A stretch of DNA of 64,000 nucleotides, from IMG/VR virus record IMGVR_UViG_3300048915_000044, positions 264 through 64,263 of that record. One strand, given 5' to 3'. Each line of letters opens with the position of its first letter. Position 1 is the stretch's first letter. Shown piece after piece: positions 35,752-45,576 of this stretch. Source of the stretch: a virus. The notes beneath the pieces are model-generated. The model made no database searches, was not told the DNA's origin, and saw only the letters and a program-made list of their open reading frames with translations. A program made the position numbers and the translations under genes.

Positions 35752-38700
35752 ATGCAGATCCTGACCCTAGTCCAGCGCAATGCAATCATGCGGGCATGGG
35801 CCTCGATTGGTGCTGCCCCCGCGCCATCCCCGTCCCCGTCCTCGGCGATCCCCACCCCCAGTGGCGCCAAACAGCTGACGCTCACGAGCGCCACCACGGC
35901 GACCTCTCCTTTCACCGTTGGCTTTGCGTTCGCGCAGGGTGACATTCCGGCGGGCTCTGGCGTCGTGGCCGACAAGGTCGCGAGTTTGCAGGTCGCGCCA
36001 ATGAATGCGTGGCCTGATGGCTCGCTGAAGTTCGCGATCCTATCGGGCGCCGCGGCTCTGACCGCCAACACCCCTCTGACAGTGACGCTGTCGCTGGGGA
36101 CGTCAGCGACCGGCAGTGCCCTGGCGACTATGAACCTGAAAGCGACCGGGGTTACGGCGTCGATCGCCTGCGGCTCGTTCGGTACGGTGTCCTGGGCGAC
36201 GACGGACTGGGACACGCCGTTTGCGACGCACGTCAGCGGCCCGCAAATGTCGTCATGGATCTACCGCAAGCCGGTGGGCTCCGACGCGCACCTAGTCGGC
36301 TGGCTCGAGGTTCGCCTCTACGCTGGCGGCGCGGTCGAAGTCCTGCCCTGGATCGAAAACGGCTACATCCACGTTGCCAGCCCTCAGACCAAGACGGCAA
36401 CGTTCGCATTCACGCTTGGCGTCACGCAGCGATTCAGCCAAGCCCTGAGCGTCGGCTCGCGCACGCGCACCCCGCTGATCAACGGCGCCGCGACGGCTTA
36501 CTGGCTGGGGTCTGATCCGGCGCTGCTGATCCGCCACGACACGGACTACCTGCAGAGCACGGAGATCGTTCCGCCGTACCAAGCGACAGTCGACCCGACG
36601 AGCTCGATGATCACCGCCAATCCGGCGTTGACCTACGCTCCGTTCCAGCAAGGCGGTTTCCAGTACAGCTCCGACCAGATGGCCGGCGGCGGATTTGCCA
36701 ACCCGATTGGCCTGCTGCCTCAGCATGACGTGCTGTACCTAGTCTGCGACGACCAGAGCCTATACAACACGGTCGTTCGCAATGGATTCTCGGCGGGGCG
36801 CTACGGCATCCACTACCGAGACGAGGCGACTAACCGGCCGCTGCGCTTCTCGCTGCATCCGAATCTGTCCGTCAACTCGTCGTCCACGGGCGACGTGCCA
36901 GCGGTCGACGGCTCCGCGATAGCACCGACCTGGGACGGGGCACACCACCCGTCGGTAGGCTTCATGGCCTACCTGCTCACAGGCCGCTTCTACTTCATGG
37001 AAGAAGTGCAGTTCGCCGCAACTGCAAACTATCTGGGCTCGACTGACCAGGGCCGAAACTTCGCCGCGGGCACGTTCGAACCCGTCGGCGGCGGCTTCCA
37101 AGTCCGCCAAGTCGCCTGGACGCTGCGCACGCTGATGACGGCTTGCGCAGCCACGCCCGACGGTGATGCGGCTGGCTTGCAGGCAGAGTTCTCTGCGTCG
37201 CTGGCATCGCTGGCGAATCTGTACCACTCAAAGTACATCGACAACACGAGCGGGACATCGATCAACCCGCTGGGATTCATCCAGGACAACCTGGACTACT
37301 GCTCGAGCGCGGCCGGCAACTCCAACACCTCCCAGATCGCAGCCACGAGCGGCTATATCGCTGCGACGTGGATGCATGACTTCTGCGTGGCCGCGTTCGG
37401 CTGGACGGTCAGCGCGGGCCTGCCGATCTCCTCCGCGGCCCAGACGAAGCTGCTCGACTTCTTCGTCAACTACATCTCCAAGTGCGTGGTCGGCCGCCTG
37501 GGTAGCTACACCGACTGGCTCGCCGGCACGGCCTACCTGTTCACCGAGGCGGGTTCCTACGGGACTGCTATCTCAGCGTCGCACGCCATCGACTCGACCC
37601 AGTCGACGAACACGGCACCGTATTTCACCAACTGGTACACCGCCTACCAGGTCACGAAGACCTATTCGAGCTTCTACCCGCCAGGCAGCACCGGCCGGCA
37701 GTTCCTCGAGAGTTCCAACACGCTACACCAGATCGTGGCGCCCTCGGCGGCCTCGGGCTATTTCTCCAACCTCGTCCCCGCGATTTCCTACGCCGTTCGG
37801 CATGGCGCAGCGGGCGCAGCGGATGCATACAGCCGCCTGACTGGCGCGGTCGGATGGTCCACACCAGACCCCGCCACTGGCGAGAGCATGGTGAGTCAGT
37901 GGAATACTGACTGCCCGGTGTGGGCAGTTCGCCCGCTCGTGGCGCCCCTGCCGGCATGGGCCAGGACATCAGCTGTAGGCCAGTGGATCCAGATCCCAGG
38001 CACAACCCAGCAGGGCAGCGCCGCCGACCTGTTGGGTGGACTGTCCGTGAACAGCCGACTTGCCTACTCCGGCATGGCGATGAAGGGTACGGAGATATTC
38101 CAGTGCGCCGATGGCGGACATTTTGACTACCAAAGCAATGAAGTCGTCTCCATTGACCTGGGAGTGGATGCGCCGGTTTGGCAACTGCGCTGCGCACCAT
38201 CGAACCCGCTTGCGATCAATGTCTTCTACGAGCCGGATGGCAAGCCTTGTGCCGCGCACCGGTACTGGTCTCAGGATTGGTCCAAGGAAACGGGGCGGGT
38301 CATCCTGCCCTACACGCGGTTCAACTACCCGAATTCGCAGAGCGACCCGGCAACCAACGGATTCGACCCAGTCACCAATACGTGGGATCCGGCAGGAACC
38401 TGGGCTGGCGGAACGCTGGCCAATTGCATCGATGAGGATGGCAATTTCTGGGCGGTGGGTCAGAACGGCACCAACCTGACCAAGTTCGTGCCGTCTACGA
38501 ACACCTGGACGACGGTCAACACCGGCATCACGATCATCTCCAGCCCGGCGGTGTTCGACCCCAAACGCAAGAAGCTGTTTGCCTTCTCCTACGGCGACGG
38601 CCAAGGCAATGGCACGGACGTGCGGGCGTTCCAGATCGATCGCACGACCTCGACACCAACGGCTATCACCATCAACGCGAGCTCCGCGTTCTCGGCGTGG

Positions 38701-39732
38701 CAGGCCCTTGCGCCGGCCTATCAGTCGATGGATTACGACTCGGCCAATGACCGGTTCCTGATCATTTGCCCGGCGGTCAACACCGACAGCTACGCGGGTG
38801 GCGGCGCGCCGACGGTCTACGTCATCACGCCAAACTCAGGAACCGCCTGGGACATGAGCATCCTGGCGGTCACCGGCGCTACGCCGCCGAGGTGTCTGGG
38901 CGCAGGATCGTTCAACCGGTTTCGCTACGTCCCGAGCCTCGGCGGCCTCGTCTACATGCCAAGCGGCACGGATCCGCTGTACTACCTGAAGACGAACGGA
39001 CTGGTGTCCGCCCCGGCACCTAGCCCAGCACCTTCCCCGACTCCTGCGCCAGCGCCAACACCGCCTCCGCCAGCTCCGGCTCCGTCGCCGTATCCGGGCC
39101 TCGTCTTCCTGGCGCGGATGGACGGCTCGACGTTGGTCGATGCCAAGTCCGGCCTCACGATCACCTCGCATGGCGCCACGTCATACGACGCCTCGGCGCC
39201 CGGCCCGGCATGGCAATTCGGCGGCTCCAACGGCGACACGTTGACGGTCGCCAGCTTCACCCAGAACTTCCAGCCGCCGCTGACGATGGGGGTGTTCTGG
39301 CGTCAGACGACCAGCCTTGCGAGCGGCGTATCGCTCGGCGGCTTGATGATCGACTCGTCCAAGTACCTCATCTTGCAGGTAGACGCCAACGGCAACGTGC
39401 TGGCGACAGCCTGGGGTTCTGGCGGCCCATCAAGCGCCACGGCTGCCAACAGCGGCATCTTTGCCTACAACACGTGGCAAATGTGCGCCGCGGTCTTCAC
39501 GAGCAGCACGAGTCGCCAAGCGTACGCCGCTGGCGTTGGCCTGAGTGCCGCCAACACGACGCTGGTGGATACGACCGGAACGGCGGCGGAGCTGGTGATG
39601 GGTGCGTTCCCGAACACCCTCATGAACCAGCCCATCACCGGCTTCGAGAAGGTGTTCTTCGTCATCTCGAGCGCGCTCACGCAAGCGCAGCTCGACGCGA
39701 TTGCAGCCAACCCGGCGCTACTCGCCCCCTGA
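35752..39732 (+). CDS. 1326-aa multidomain protein: lyase/toroid-like N-half, propeller-like region, Pro linker, LamG-like C-terminus
   Basis: PFTVGFAFAQGDIP..WPDGS.KFA.L N-terminus; PAPSPAPSPTP linker; W...AAVF...R..Y..G LamG-like end. Confidence 0.7.
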   Translation: MQILTLVQRNAIMRAWASIGAAPAPSPSPSSAIPTPSGAKQLTLTSATTATSPFTVGFAFAQGDIPAGSGVVADKVASLQVAPMNAWPDGSLKFAILSGAAALTANTPLTVTLSLGTSATGSALATMNLKATGVTASIACGSFGTVSWATTDWDTPFATHVSGPQMSSWIYRKPVGSDAHLVGWLEVRLYAGGAVEVLPWIENGYIHVASPQTKTATFAFTLGVTQRFSQALSVGSRTRTPLINGAATAYWLGSDPALLIRHDTDYLQSTEIVPPYQATVDPTSSMITANPALTYAPFQQGGFQYSSDQMAGGGFANPIGLLPQHDVLYLVCDDQSLYNTVVRNGFSAGRYGIHYRDEATNRPLRFSLHPNLSVNSSSTGDVPAVDGSAIAPTWDGAHHPSVGFMAYLLTGRFYFMEEVQFAATANYLGSTDQGRNFAAGTFEPVGGGFQVRQVAWTLRTLMTACAATPDGDAAGLQAEFSASLASLANLYHSKYIDNTSGTSINPLGFIQDNLDYCSSAAGNSNTSQIAATSGYIAATWMHDFCVAAFGWTVSAGLPISSAAQTKLLDFFVNYISKCVVGRLGSYTDWLAGTAYLFTEAGSYGTAISASHAIDSTQSTNTAPYFTNWYTAYQVTKTYSSFYPPGSTGRQFLESSNTLHQIVAPSAASGYFSNLVPAISYAVRHGAAGAADAYSRLTGAVGWSTPDPATGESMVSQWNTDCPVWAVRPLVAPLPAWARTSAVGQWIQIPGTTQQGSAADLLGGLSVNSRLAYSGMAMKGTEIFQCADGGHFDYQSNEVVSIDLGVDAPVWQLRCAPSNPLAINVFYEPDGKPCAAHRYWSQDWSKETGRVILPYTRFNYPNSQSDPATNGFDPVTNTWDPAGTWAGGTLANCIDEDGNFWAVGQNGTNLTKFVPSTNTWTTVNTGITIISSPAVFDPKRKKLFAFSYGDGQGNGTDVRAFQIDRTTSTPTAITINASSAFSAWQALAPAYQSMDYDSANDRFLIICPAVNTDSYAGGGAPTVYVITPNSGTAWDMSILAVTGATPPRCLGAGSFNRFRYVPSLGGLVYMPSGTDPLYYLKTNGLVSAPAPSPAPSPTPAPAPTPPPPAPAPSPYPGLVFLARMDGSTLVDAKSGLTITSHGATSYDASAPGPAWQFGGSNGDTLTVASFTQNFQPPLTMGVFWRQTTSLASGVSLGGLMIDSSKYLILQVDANGNVLATAWGSGGPSSATAANSGIFAYNTWQMCAAVFTSSTSRQAYAAGVGLSAANTTLVDTTGTAAELVMGAFPNTLMNQPITGFEKVFFVISSALTQAQLDAIAANPALLAP

Positions 39733-39792
39733 CGCCCCTCCCGTCGCCCCGACTCAAGCCCGCCTCGCGCGGGCTTTCTTCATTCCGCAGCC

Positions 39793-41409
39793 ATGACCCC
39801 TGAAACCTCCACCGCCAAGGCTGCCGGCATCGTCTACCTGGCGGGTGGCCGCGTGCTGTTGATGATGCGCTCGGACACGGCCAGCTCGAGCCCGTCCGTC
39901 TGGGGCCTGCCGGCCGGCGGCATGGAGGAGGGCGAGTCCACGCTCCAGTGCGCGACCCGCGAATCCGTCGAAGAGACCGGCCACGCGCCGAGCTCGCTCA
40001 CGCCGCTGATGGACGACGGCACGTTCGCGTTGTTCCTCTGCGCTGGCGACTACTTCCAGCCGACGCTCAACGACGAGCATTCTGGTTGGCTCTGGGCGCC
40101 GATCGACAACCTGCCCGAGCCGCTGCACCCGCGTGTCGCAGAGCAGGTCGCGATGGCCTGGGCCAGGACGCAGGAGCCGGCCGAGGTTCTCGTAGCTGCC
40201 GACGTGATGGACGGTCTGGACGCCTTCGCGATGGACAAGGAGTCCGCGCGACAGATCGACACGAATGGCTGGTGTGAGATTCCGCGCAACCCGCTGTCGA
40301 AGGTCGGCGTCTTCACCTACTCGGGCCGCCAGGTCGGCGACGCCGAGAACCCCGACAAGCCCTATCGCGTGTACCGGCCCGCTGAAGAACTCAGCGCCCC
40401 CGATTGCATCGACTCGTTTCGCCTGATTCCGTGGATCGACAACCACGTCATGTTGGGCTCCGAGGAGCAGGGCCTTATGCCCGCCGAACGCAAGGGCGTG
40501 CAGGGCGTCGTCGGCGAGGACGTGTTCTTCGAGGGCGACACGCTCTACGGAAATCTGAAGGTTTTCTCCCAATCCATGGCCGGACTGATCGAAGCCGGGA
40601 AGCGGGAATTGTCGTGCGGCTATCGCTGTGTCTATGACTTCACCCCGGGCGTGTTCCAGGGCGAAGCCTACGACTGCATCCAGCGAACGATTCGCGGCAA
40701 TCACTTGGCGCTTGTTCATTCAGGGCGCATGGGTCCGGACGTGGCAGTCCTGGACTCGATCGATCACTCAACCACCACCACCGAAACCAAGGAGCCACCC
40801 ATGGCTGATACCAAAGACGGGGGCGGCTCCGGCAATGCGCTGGACGCCGCACTCGCGACCCTGACCACTCCCGAGGCCCGCAAGGCAGCTCTCGTCGCCA
40901 TTCGCGCAGCGATGGACGAAGCCGGCGATCCGAAGGATGACGACAAGAAGGACGGCAAGGCCGAGGACGAGTTCCCGCCCAAGAAGGACGACGACGACAA
41001 GAAGTCCGAGGACTCCGACGAGGACATGAAGGAAGACAAGGCCAAGGAAACCAAGGACTCGGACCTCAAGATGGACGACATCGACGCCCGCCCCAACGCC
41101 ATGGACGCCGCGACGATCTTCAAGACCGTCACCGGTGAGATCAAGCGCCGCGACGCGCTTGCCAAGCAACTGTCCGCCCACGTCGGCACGTTCGACCACT
41201 CGGACATGACCGAGGCCGAAGTCGCCGCCTACGGCGCCAAGAAGCTCGGCATCCAAGCCGTCGCCGGCCAAGAAGCTGCTGTCCTGCAGGGCTATCTGCT
41301 GGCCGCCAGCAAGGCGCCCAAGGTCGCCACCACGGTCGCCAAGACCACCGCCGCGATGGACGCCTCCGGCGACTTCGTGTCCGCGTTCCTCACCCGCAAG
41401 GAGGGCTAA
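39793..41409 (+). CDS. Nudix-DUF2213 fusion (head maturation/scaffold protein)
   Basis: [27 protein letters not shown] Nudix box; GVFTYSG..VYRP.EEL..ELSCGY..NHLALV..GR.G; acidic scaffold tail. Confidence 0.9.
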   Translation: MTPETSTAKAAGIVYLAGGRVLLMMRSDTASSSPSVWGLPAGGMEEGESTLQCATRESVEETGHAPSSLTPLMDDGTFALFLCAGDYFQPTLNDEHSGWLWAPIDNLPEPLHPRVAEQVAMAWARTQEPAEVLVAADVMDGLDAFAMDKESARQIDTNGWCEIPRNPLSKVGVFTYSGRQVGDAENPDKPYRVYRPAEELSAPDCIDSFRLIPWIDNHVMLGSEEQGLMPAERKGVQGVVGEDVFFEGDTLYGNLKVFSQSMAGLIEAGKRELSCGYRCVYDFTPGVFQGEAYDCIQRTIRGNHLALVHSGRMGPDVAVLDSIDHSTTTTETKEPPMADTKDGGGSGNALDAALATLTTPEARKAALVAIRAAMDEAGDPKDDDKKDGKAEDEFPPKKDDDDKKSEDSDEDMKEDKAKETKDSDLKMDDIDARPNAMDAATIFKTVTGEIKRRDALAKQLSAHVGTFDHSDMTEAEVAAYGAKKLGIQAVAGQEAAVLQGYLLAASKAPKVATTVAKTTAAMDASGDFVSAFLTRKEG

Positions 41410-41412
41410 GCC

Positions 41413-41919
41413 ATGAGCGCTTTCCAAACCACCGTCAACATCACCTACGGCTTCGGCGTCATCGGCGAACTGACCCAGGACGGCCCGCAGCGCGTGTCGT
41501 CCCGGATCATGAACTCGTCGGGCACGCCCAACGTGGTCGGCTACGCCTACACGCGCAGCAACTCCACCGACATCTGCACCGTCGGCGGCGCGATCACCAA
41601 CGGCTCGACCGTCTTCGGCGGCATCCTGGTCAACCCCAAGGCCTACGCCTCCTACGGCACGACGGCCGGCACGCTGGTGCCGACGCTGACCCTCCCGGAC
41701 AACGCGCAAGGCGAGTTCCTGGAGATGGGCACGATCGTCGTCAACCTGACGACCTCCGCGAACATCGGCGACCTCGTGACCTACAACCTGACGACCGGTG
41801 CCCTCGGCGCCGTCGCTCCGGGCTCGGCCGCCCCCGGCGGTTCGGCCCTCGTCCCGAACGCGATCGTGCGTTCCCTCACCTCGGCGCCGGGCCTCGTGTC
41901 CATTCGCCTGACCAACTAA
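41413..41919 (+). CDS. Head decoration/cement protein
   Basis: FQTTVN....G..GE; immediately upstream of the capsid gene. Confidence 0.8.
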   Translation: MSAFQTTVNITYGFGVIGELTQDGPQRVSSRIMNSSGTPNVVGYAYTRSNSTDICTVGGAITNGSTVFGGILVNPKAYASYGTTAGTLVPTLTLPDNAQGEFLEMGTIVVNLTTSANIGDLVTYNLTTGALGAVAPGSAAPGGSALVPNAIVRSLTSAPGLVSIRLTN

Positions 41920-41932
41920 AGGAGCGACGGTC

Positions 41933-43078
41933 ATGAAGTACCAACTCTCGGAAGTCCATTCCCACCAAGGCCCGCGCAGCTTCAAGGACTCGCGCGGCAT
42001 GCCGCTGCCCGGCCTGTCGATGACGATGGATCAGGTCGAGGGCTACCAAGCTCTGCGCCGCCTCGGCATCAACCTGCCGGAGCGGACCGTCAGCCAGATG
42101 GCGGCGGCCTCCGGCTTCGCCATGGACGATGCCCAAGGCCTCATCACGACCGCAACGATCGGCACTCCGGTGCAGTTCCTGCAGACGTGGCTGCCGGGCG
42201 TCGTCCGCATCCAGACCGCCGCCCGCAAGGCCGACGACCTGATGGGCGTGACCATGGCTGGCTCGTGGGAAGACGAGGAGATCGTGCAGGGCGTCATGGA
42301 GCCCATCACGGGCGGCGCGGTGCCCTACGGCGACTACACCAATGTGCCGCTGGCCTCGTGGAACCTGAACTTCGAGCGCCGCACCATCGTGCGCTTCGAA
42401 AAGGGTACCGAGGTCTTCCGCCTGGAAGCCGCTCGTGCCGCTCGCGTTCGCGTGGACTCCGCGGCTGAGAAGCGCAACAGCGCTGCCCTCGGCCTCGAAG
42501 TGCAGCGCAACATCGTGGCGTTCTCGGGCTACAACAGCGGCAACAACCGCACGTACGGCTTCCTGAACGACCCCAATCTGCCGGCGTACTACACGGTCGC
42601 CAACGGCGCGAGCTCGTCGCCGCTGTGGCAGAACAAGACGTTCACGGAAATCACCGCGGACATCCGTCAGGCCTGCGCCAAGCTCCAGACCCAGTCGCAA
42701 GACCTGGTCAACCCGGGCACGACGCCGACCACGCTGGCCGTGTCGACCAACACGTACGCCTACCTGTCGACGGTGGCGGTCTACGGCAACCAGTCCGTCA
42801 TGGGCTGGATCCGCGAGACCTACCCGCTGATGCGCGTCGAATCGGCTCCCCAGCTGAACTCGGCCAATGGCGGCGCGAACGTCTTCTACCTGTACGCCGA
42901 ATCCGTCAACGACGGCTCCTCGGACAACGGCCGCGTGATCGACCAGATCGTCGCGACCAAGTTCATGGCGCTGGGCGTGCAGCAGATGGCAAAAAGCGTC
43001 GTCGAGGACTTCAGTATGGCCACGGCCGGTGCGCTGCTCAAGCGCCCGTTCCTGGTCGTCCGGGCGTCCGGCGTCTAA
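41933..43078 (+). CDS. Major capsid protein (DUF2184)
   Basis: GD..NVP..W...R.IVRFE.G...EAARA...YGFLNDPNL; strong codon bias. Confidence 0.93.
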   Translation: MKYQLSEVHSHQGPRSFKDSRGMPLPGLSMTMDQVEGYQALRRLGINLPERTVSQMAAASGFAMDDAQGLITTATIGTPVQFLQTWLPGVVRIQTAARKADDLMGVTMAGSWEDEEIVQGVMEPITGGAVPYGDYTNVPLASWNLNFERRTIVRFEKGTEVFRLEAARAARVRVDSAAEKRNSAALGLEVQRNIVAFSGYNSGNNRTYGFLNDPNLPAYYTVANGASSSPLWQNKTFTEITADIRQACAKLQTQSQDLVNPGTTPTTLAVSTNTYAYLSTVAVYGNQSVMGWIRETYPLMRVESAPQLNSANGGANVFYLYAESVNDGSSDNGRVIDQIVATKFMALGVQQMAKSVVEDFSMATAGALLKRPFLVVRASGV

Positions 43079-43101
43079 GGCGCTTTCTCCCGTCAACCCC
43101 G

Positions 43102-43136
43102 AAGGCCTCGCGGCAACCCCGCGGGGCCTTTTCATT
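43102..43136 (+). terminator. Terminator after the capsid gene
   Basis: AAGGCCTCGCGG/CCGCGGGGCCTT hairpin then TTCATT. Confidence 0.8.
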
Positions 43137-43149
43137 CAAAGAGAAGAGC

Positions 43150-43554
43150 ATGGCGAACTACGTTGTTTCCACCCTGGCGACGAACATGGGCTACACGCAC
43201 TATGAGCAAGGCGTCGACAAGGGTGCCCTTCCCAGGGAAATCAAGACCATCTACATCAAGGGCGGCGCATCGGTCGCCCAGGGCGCGCGCAATTCCGTCG
43301 CTCTTTGGACGCCGGTGGGCTACCACACCGAAGTGAGCGACGAGGATCTCGCGCTCCTGGAGCAGAACGCCACGTTCAAGCTCCACAAGCAGAACGGCTA
43401 CGTTCGCGTGGACAAGAAGAACTCGGACATCGAAAAGGCCGTGGCCGACATGAACCGTGTCGATGGCGAGTCCAGCCCGAAGACCGAGGCCGACTTCCCC
43501 GGCTACATCGTCAGCACGGAAGTGCCGACGTCGCGCGACCCGCACCGCATCTAA
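43150..43554 (+). CDS. Head-associated hypothetical protein
   Basis: Conserved position after the capsid gene; G..T.VSDE...L.....F..H...G. Confidence 0.7.
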   Translation: MANYVVSTLATNMGYTHYEQGVDKGALPREIKTIYIKGGASVAQGARNSVALWTPVGYHTEVSDEDLALLEQNATFKLHKQNGYVRVDKKNSDIEKAVADMNRVDGESSPKTEADFPGYIVSTEVPTSRDPHRI

Positions 43555-43563
43555 GCGACAACC

Positions 43564-44010
43564 GTGGCCACCCACACCTTCGACCTGACGCTGTTCCAGG
43601 CGGCCTGCCCGGCGCTCGCGTCGGTGAGTCCGACGACGCTGGCGGCCACGTTCACGACGGCGACCGTCATCATGACGCCGTACGACGGCTGCCTGCTGAA
43701 CGGCGACGCCCTGCAGCTGGCGCTCAACCTGATGACCGGGCACCTGACCCAGATCGCCGCCATGCTGGTGGCTGATCCGAATGCGGTCATCGGGCCTGTC
43801 GCAGGCGCGGCCGAGGGCACCGTCAGCCTCAACCTCGTCCCGGCGCCGGCTACTGACGGATGGAAATACTGGCTGGCCAGCACGCCCTACGGCCAGCAAC
43901 TCTGGGCGCTGCTCAGCGTCAAGGCGGCCGGCGGTCTCATGGTTGGCGGCTCGCTCGAGCGCGCGTCGTTCCGCCAGGCTGGCGGCGGCTTCCTGGGCGG
44001 CTGCTACTGA
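43564..44010 (+). CDS. Head-tail adaptor (DUF4054-like)
   Basis: L.LMTGHL...EG.VS...W...T.YGQQ.W.LL. Confidence 0.85.
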   Translation: MATHTFDLTLFQAACPALASVSPTTLAATFTTATVIMTPYDGCLLNGDALQLALNLMTGHLTQIAAMLVADPNAVIGPVAGAAEGTVSLNLVPAPATDGWKYWLASTPYGQQLWALLSVKAAGGLMVGGSLERASFRQAGGGFLGGCY

Positions 44011-44564
44011 TGGCCGGTCTCGACCTTTCCCGCGTGATGGCCAAGATCGACGCCATCGGCGAGGGCTTCGCCAACCGCGAGGCCAAGGCCGGCTTCTTCT
44101 CCGGCCAGAACTACGAGGATGGCACGCCCGTCGCGTACGTGGCCGCCATCCAGGAATTCGGCGCCCCCGACCAGAACATTCCGCCGCGCCCCTTCATGCG
44201 GCCGACGGTCGAAGACAAGAAGGGCGAGTGGTCGCAGAACATCGCCGACGGAATGCGTGCCGTGGTGGCTGGTCGGCTGACGGCCGATGACGTGCTCGAT
44301 GCCGTTGGCGCTGCCGCGGCTGGCGACATCGTAAAGACCCTGGCCGCAGGCGACTTCAAGGCGCTGTCGCCCATCACCCTGATGCTGCGCAAGATGCGCG
44401 ACGAGCACAAGGGCGACTCCGGCTGGCGCGTCACCGGCGCGACCGTGGGCGAGGCCGCGCGCCGCGTGGCTGCGGGTGAGCAGGGCTCAGACCGCACCAC
44501 GCCCCTCGATGACACGGGCTACCTCATGGCCCACGTTCAGCACCAAGTCGGTGACGCATCGTGA
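44010..44564 (+). CDS. Neck protein (HK97 gp10-like)
   Basis: VA.VAAIQEFG...IPPRPFMRPT...PL.DTG.L. Confidence 0.85.
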   Translation: MAGLDLSRVMAKIDAIGEGFANREAKAGFFSGQNYEDGTPVAYVAAIQEFGAPDQNIPPRPFMRPTVEDKKGEWSQNIADGMRAVVAGRLTADDVLDAVGAAAAGDIVKTLAAGDFKALSPITLMLRKMRDEHKGDSGWRVTGATVGEAARRVAAGEQGSDRTTPLDDTGYLMAHVQHQVGDAS

Positions 44565-44938
44565 ACCTGCACCAAGCTGTCAGCGGGGTCATTGCGCGGG
44601 TCAACCCGATGCAGGCGATCACCGTGCGCCGGTCGACTGGCTTCACGCAAAACGCCGACTTCACGCGCACACCGACCTACTCGACGACCTCGATGCTGGG
44701 CCAGGTGCAGGCGCTTACATCGGCGGAACTTTCGCAGGTCGACGGCCTGAACTTGCAGGGCGAGAAGCTCGCGCTGTACGTCAACGGCAACCTGGCGGGC
44801 GTGAGTCGGCCGGACAACACTGGCGGCGACCTCGTGACGCTGCCTGACGGCTCGGTCTGGCTGGTGCTGATCCCGCTCGAGAACTTCAACCGCACTGCGG
44901 GCTGGACGAAGGTGGCGATCGTTCGCCAGGTGTCATGA
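44561..44938 (+). CDS. Head-closure/stopper protein
   Basis: MNLH..V.G.I..VNP...GGDL..W..W.K. Confidence 0.8.
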   Translation: MNLHQAVSGVIARVNPMQAITVRRSTGFTQNADFTRTPTYSTTSMLGQVQALTSAELSQVDGLNLQGEKLALYVNGNLAGVSRPDNTGGDLVTLPDGSVWLVLIPLENFNRTAGWTKVAIVRQVS

Positions 44939-45483
44939 CCCAGCCGACCCTTATGCTCACCGAGAGCAACACCCTGCAGGCGCTCGGCAACTTCCTCGTG
45001 GCCGTGCTTCCCACCGGAACCGAGGTCGTCGTCGGCCAGGACAACCGCGTGGCTTCACCGCAGTCGGCGAACTACGCCGTGATGACGCCCATCCTGCGCA
45101 CCCGGCTCGCCACGAACCTGACCGCGTACACCGACACCTACCCGGGCACGACTCAGACCCGCCAGGACATGCAGGCGACGCAAGTGACTGTCCAGGTCGA
45201 TACCTTCGGCCCGCTGTCCGGCGACCACGCCCAGATCATCCAAACGATGTTCCGTTCCGATTGGGGGGTGTACCAGTTCGCTTCCTCAGGCCTCGACGTG
45301 ACACCGCTCTACACGAGCGAGCCGCGGCAAATGAAGTTCTGGGACGAGAGCTCGCAGGTTCAGCAGCGATGGACCACAGACGTGGTCTGCCAATGCAACC
45401 CGATCGTCACTGTGCCTCAGGACTTCGCCGGCGAGATCGTCGTCGGAGTCATAGAAGTCGACGCGGCCTACCCACCGGCCTAG
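44935..45483 (+). CDS. Tail terminator/neck protein
   Basis: Upstream of the sheath; VQVD.FG...P.Y...RW. Confidence 0.8.
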   Translation: MTQPTLMLTESNTLQALGNFLVAVLPTGTEVVVGQDNRVASPQSANYAVMTPILRTRLATNLTAYTDTYPGTTQTRQDMQATQVTVQVDTFGPLSGDHAQIIQTMFRSDWGVYQFASSGLDVTPLYTSEPRQMKFWDESSQVQQRWTTDVVCQCNPIVTVPQDFAGEIVVGVIEVDAAYPPA

Positions 45484-45576
45484 CGCCATACCAACCCGCA
45501 CAAGCCGCCTTCGGGCGGCATTTTCATTCCCCGTTCGCCGCGGCACGCCCGCAACAACCAAGACCCCGGAGCGTCC

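Noticed and set aside
39005-39095. Pro/Ala/Ser repeats as a possible array
   Set aside because: Degenerate coding linker with no repeat-spacer structure.
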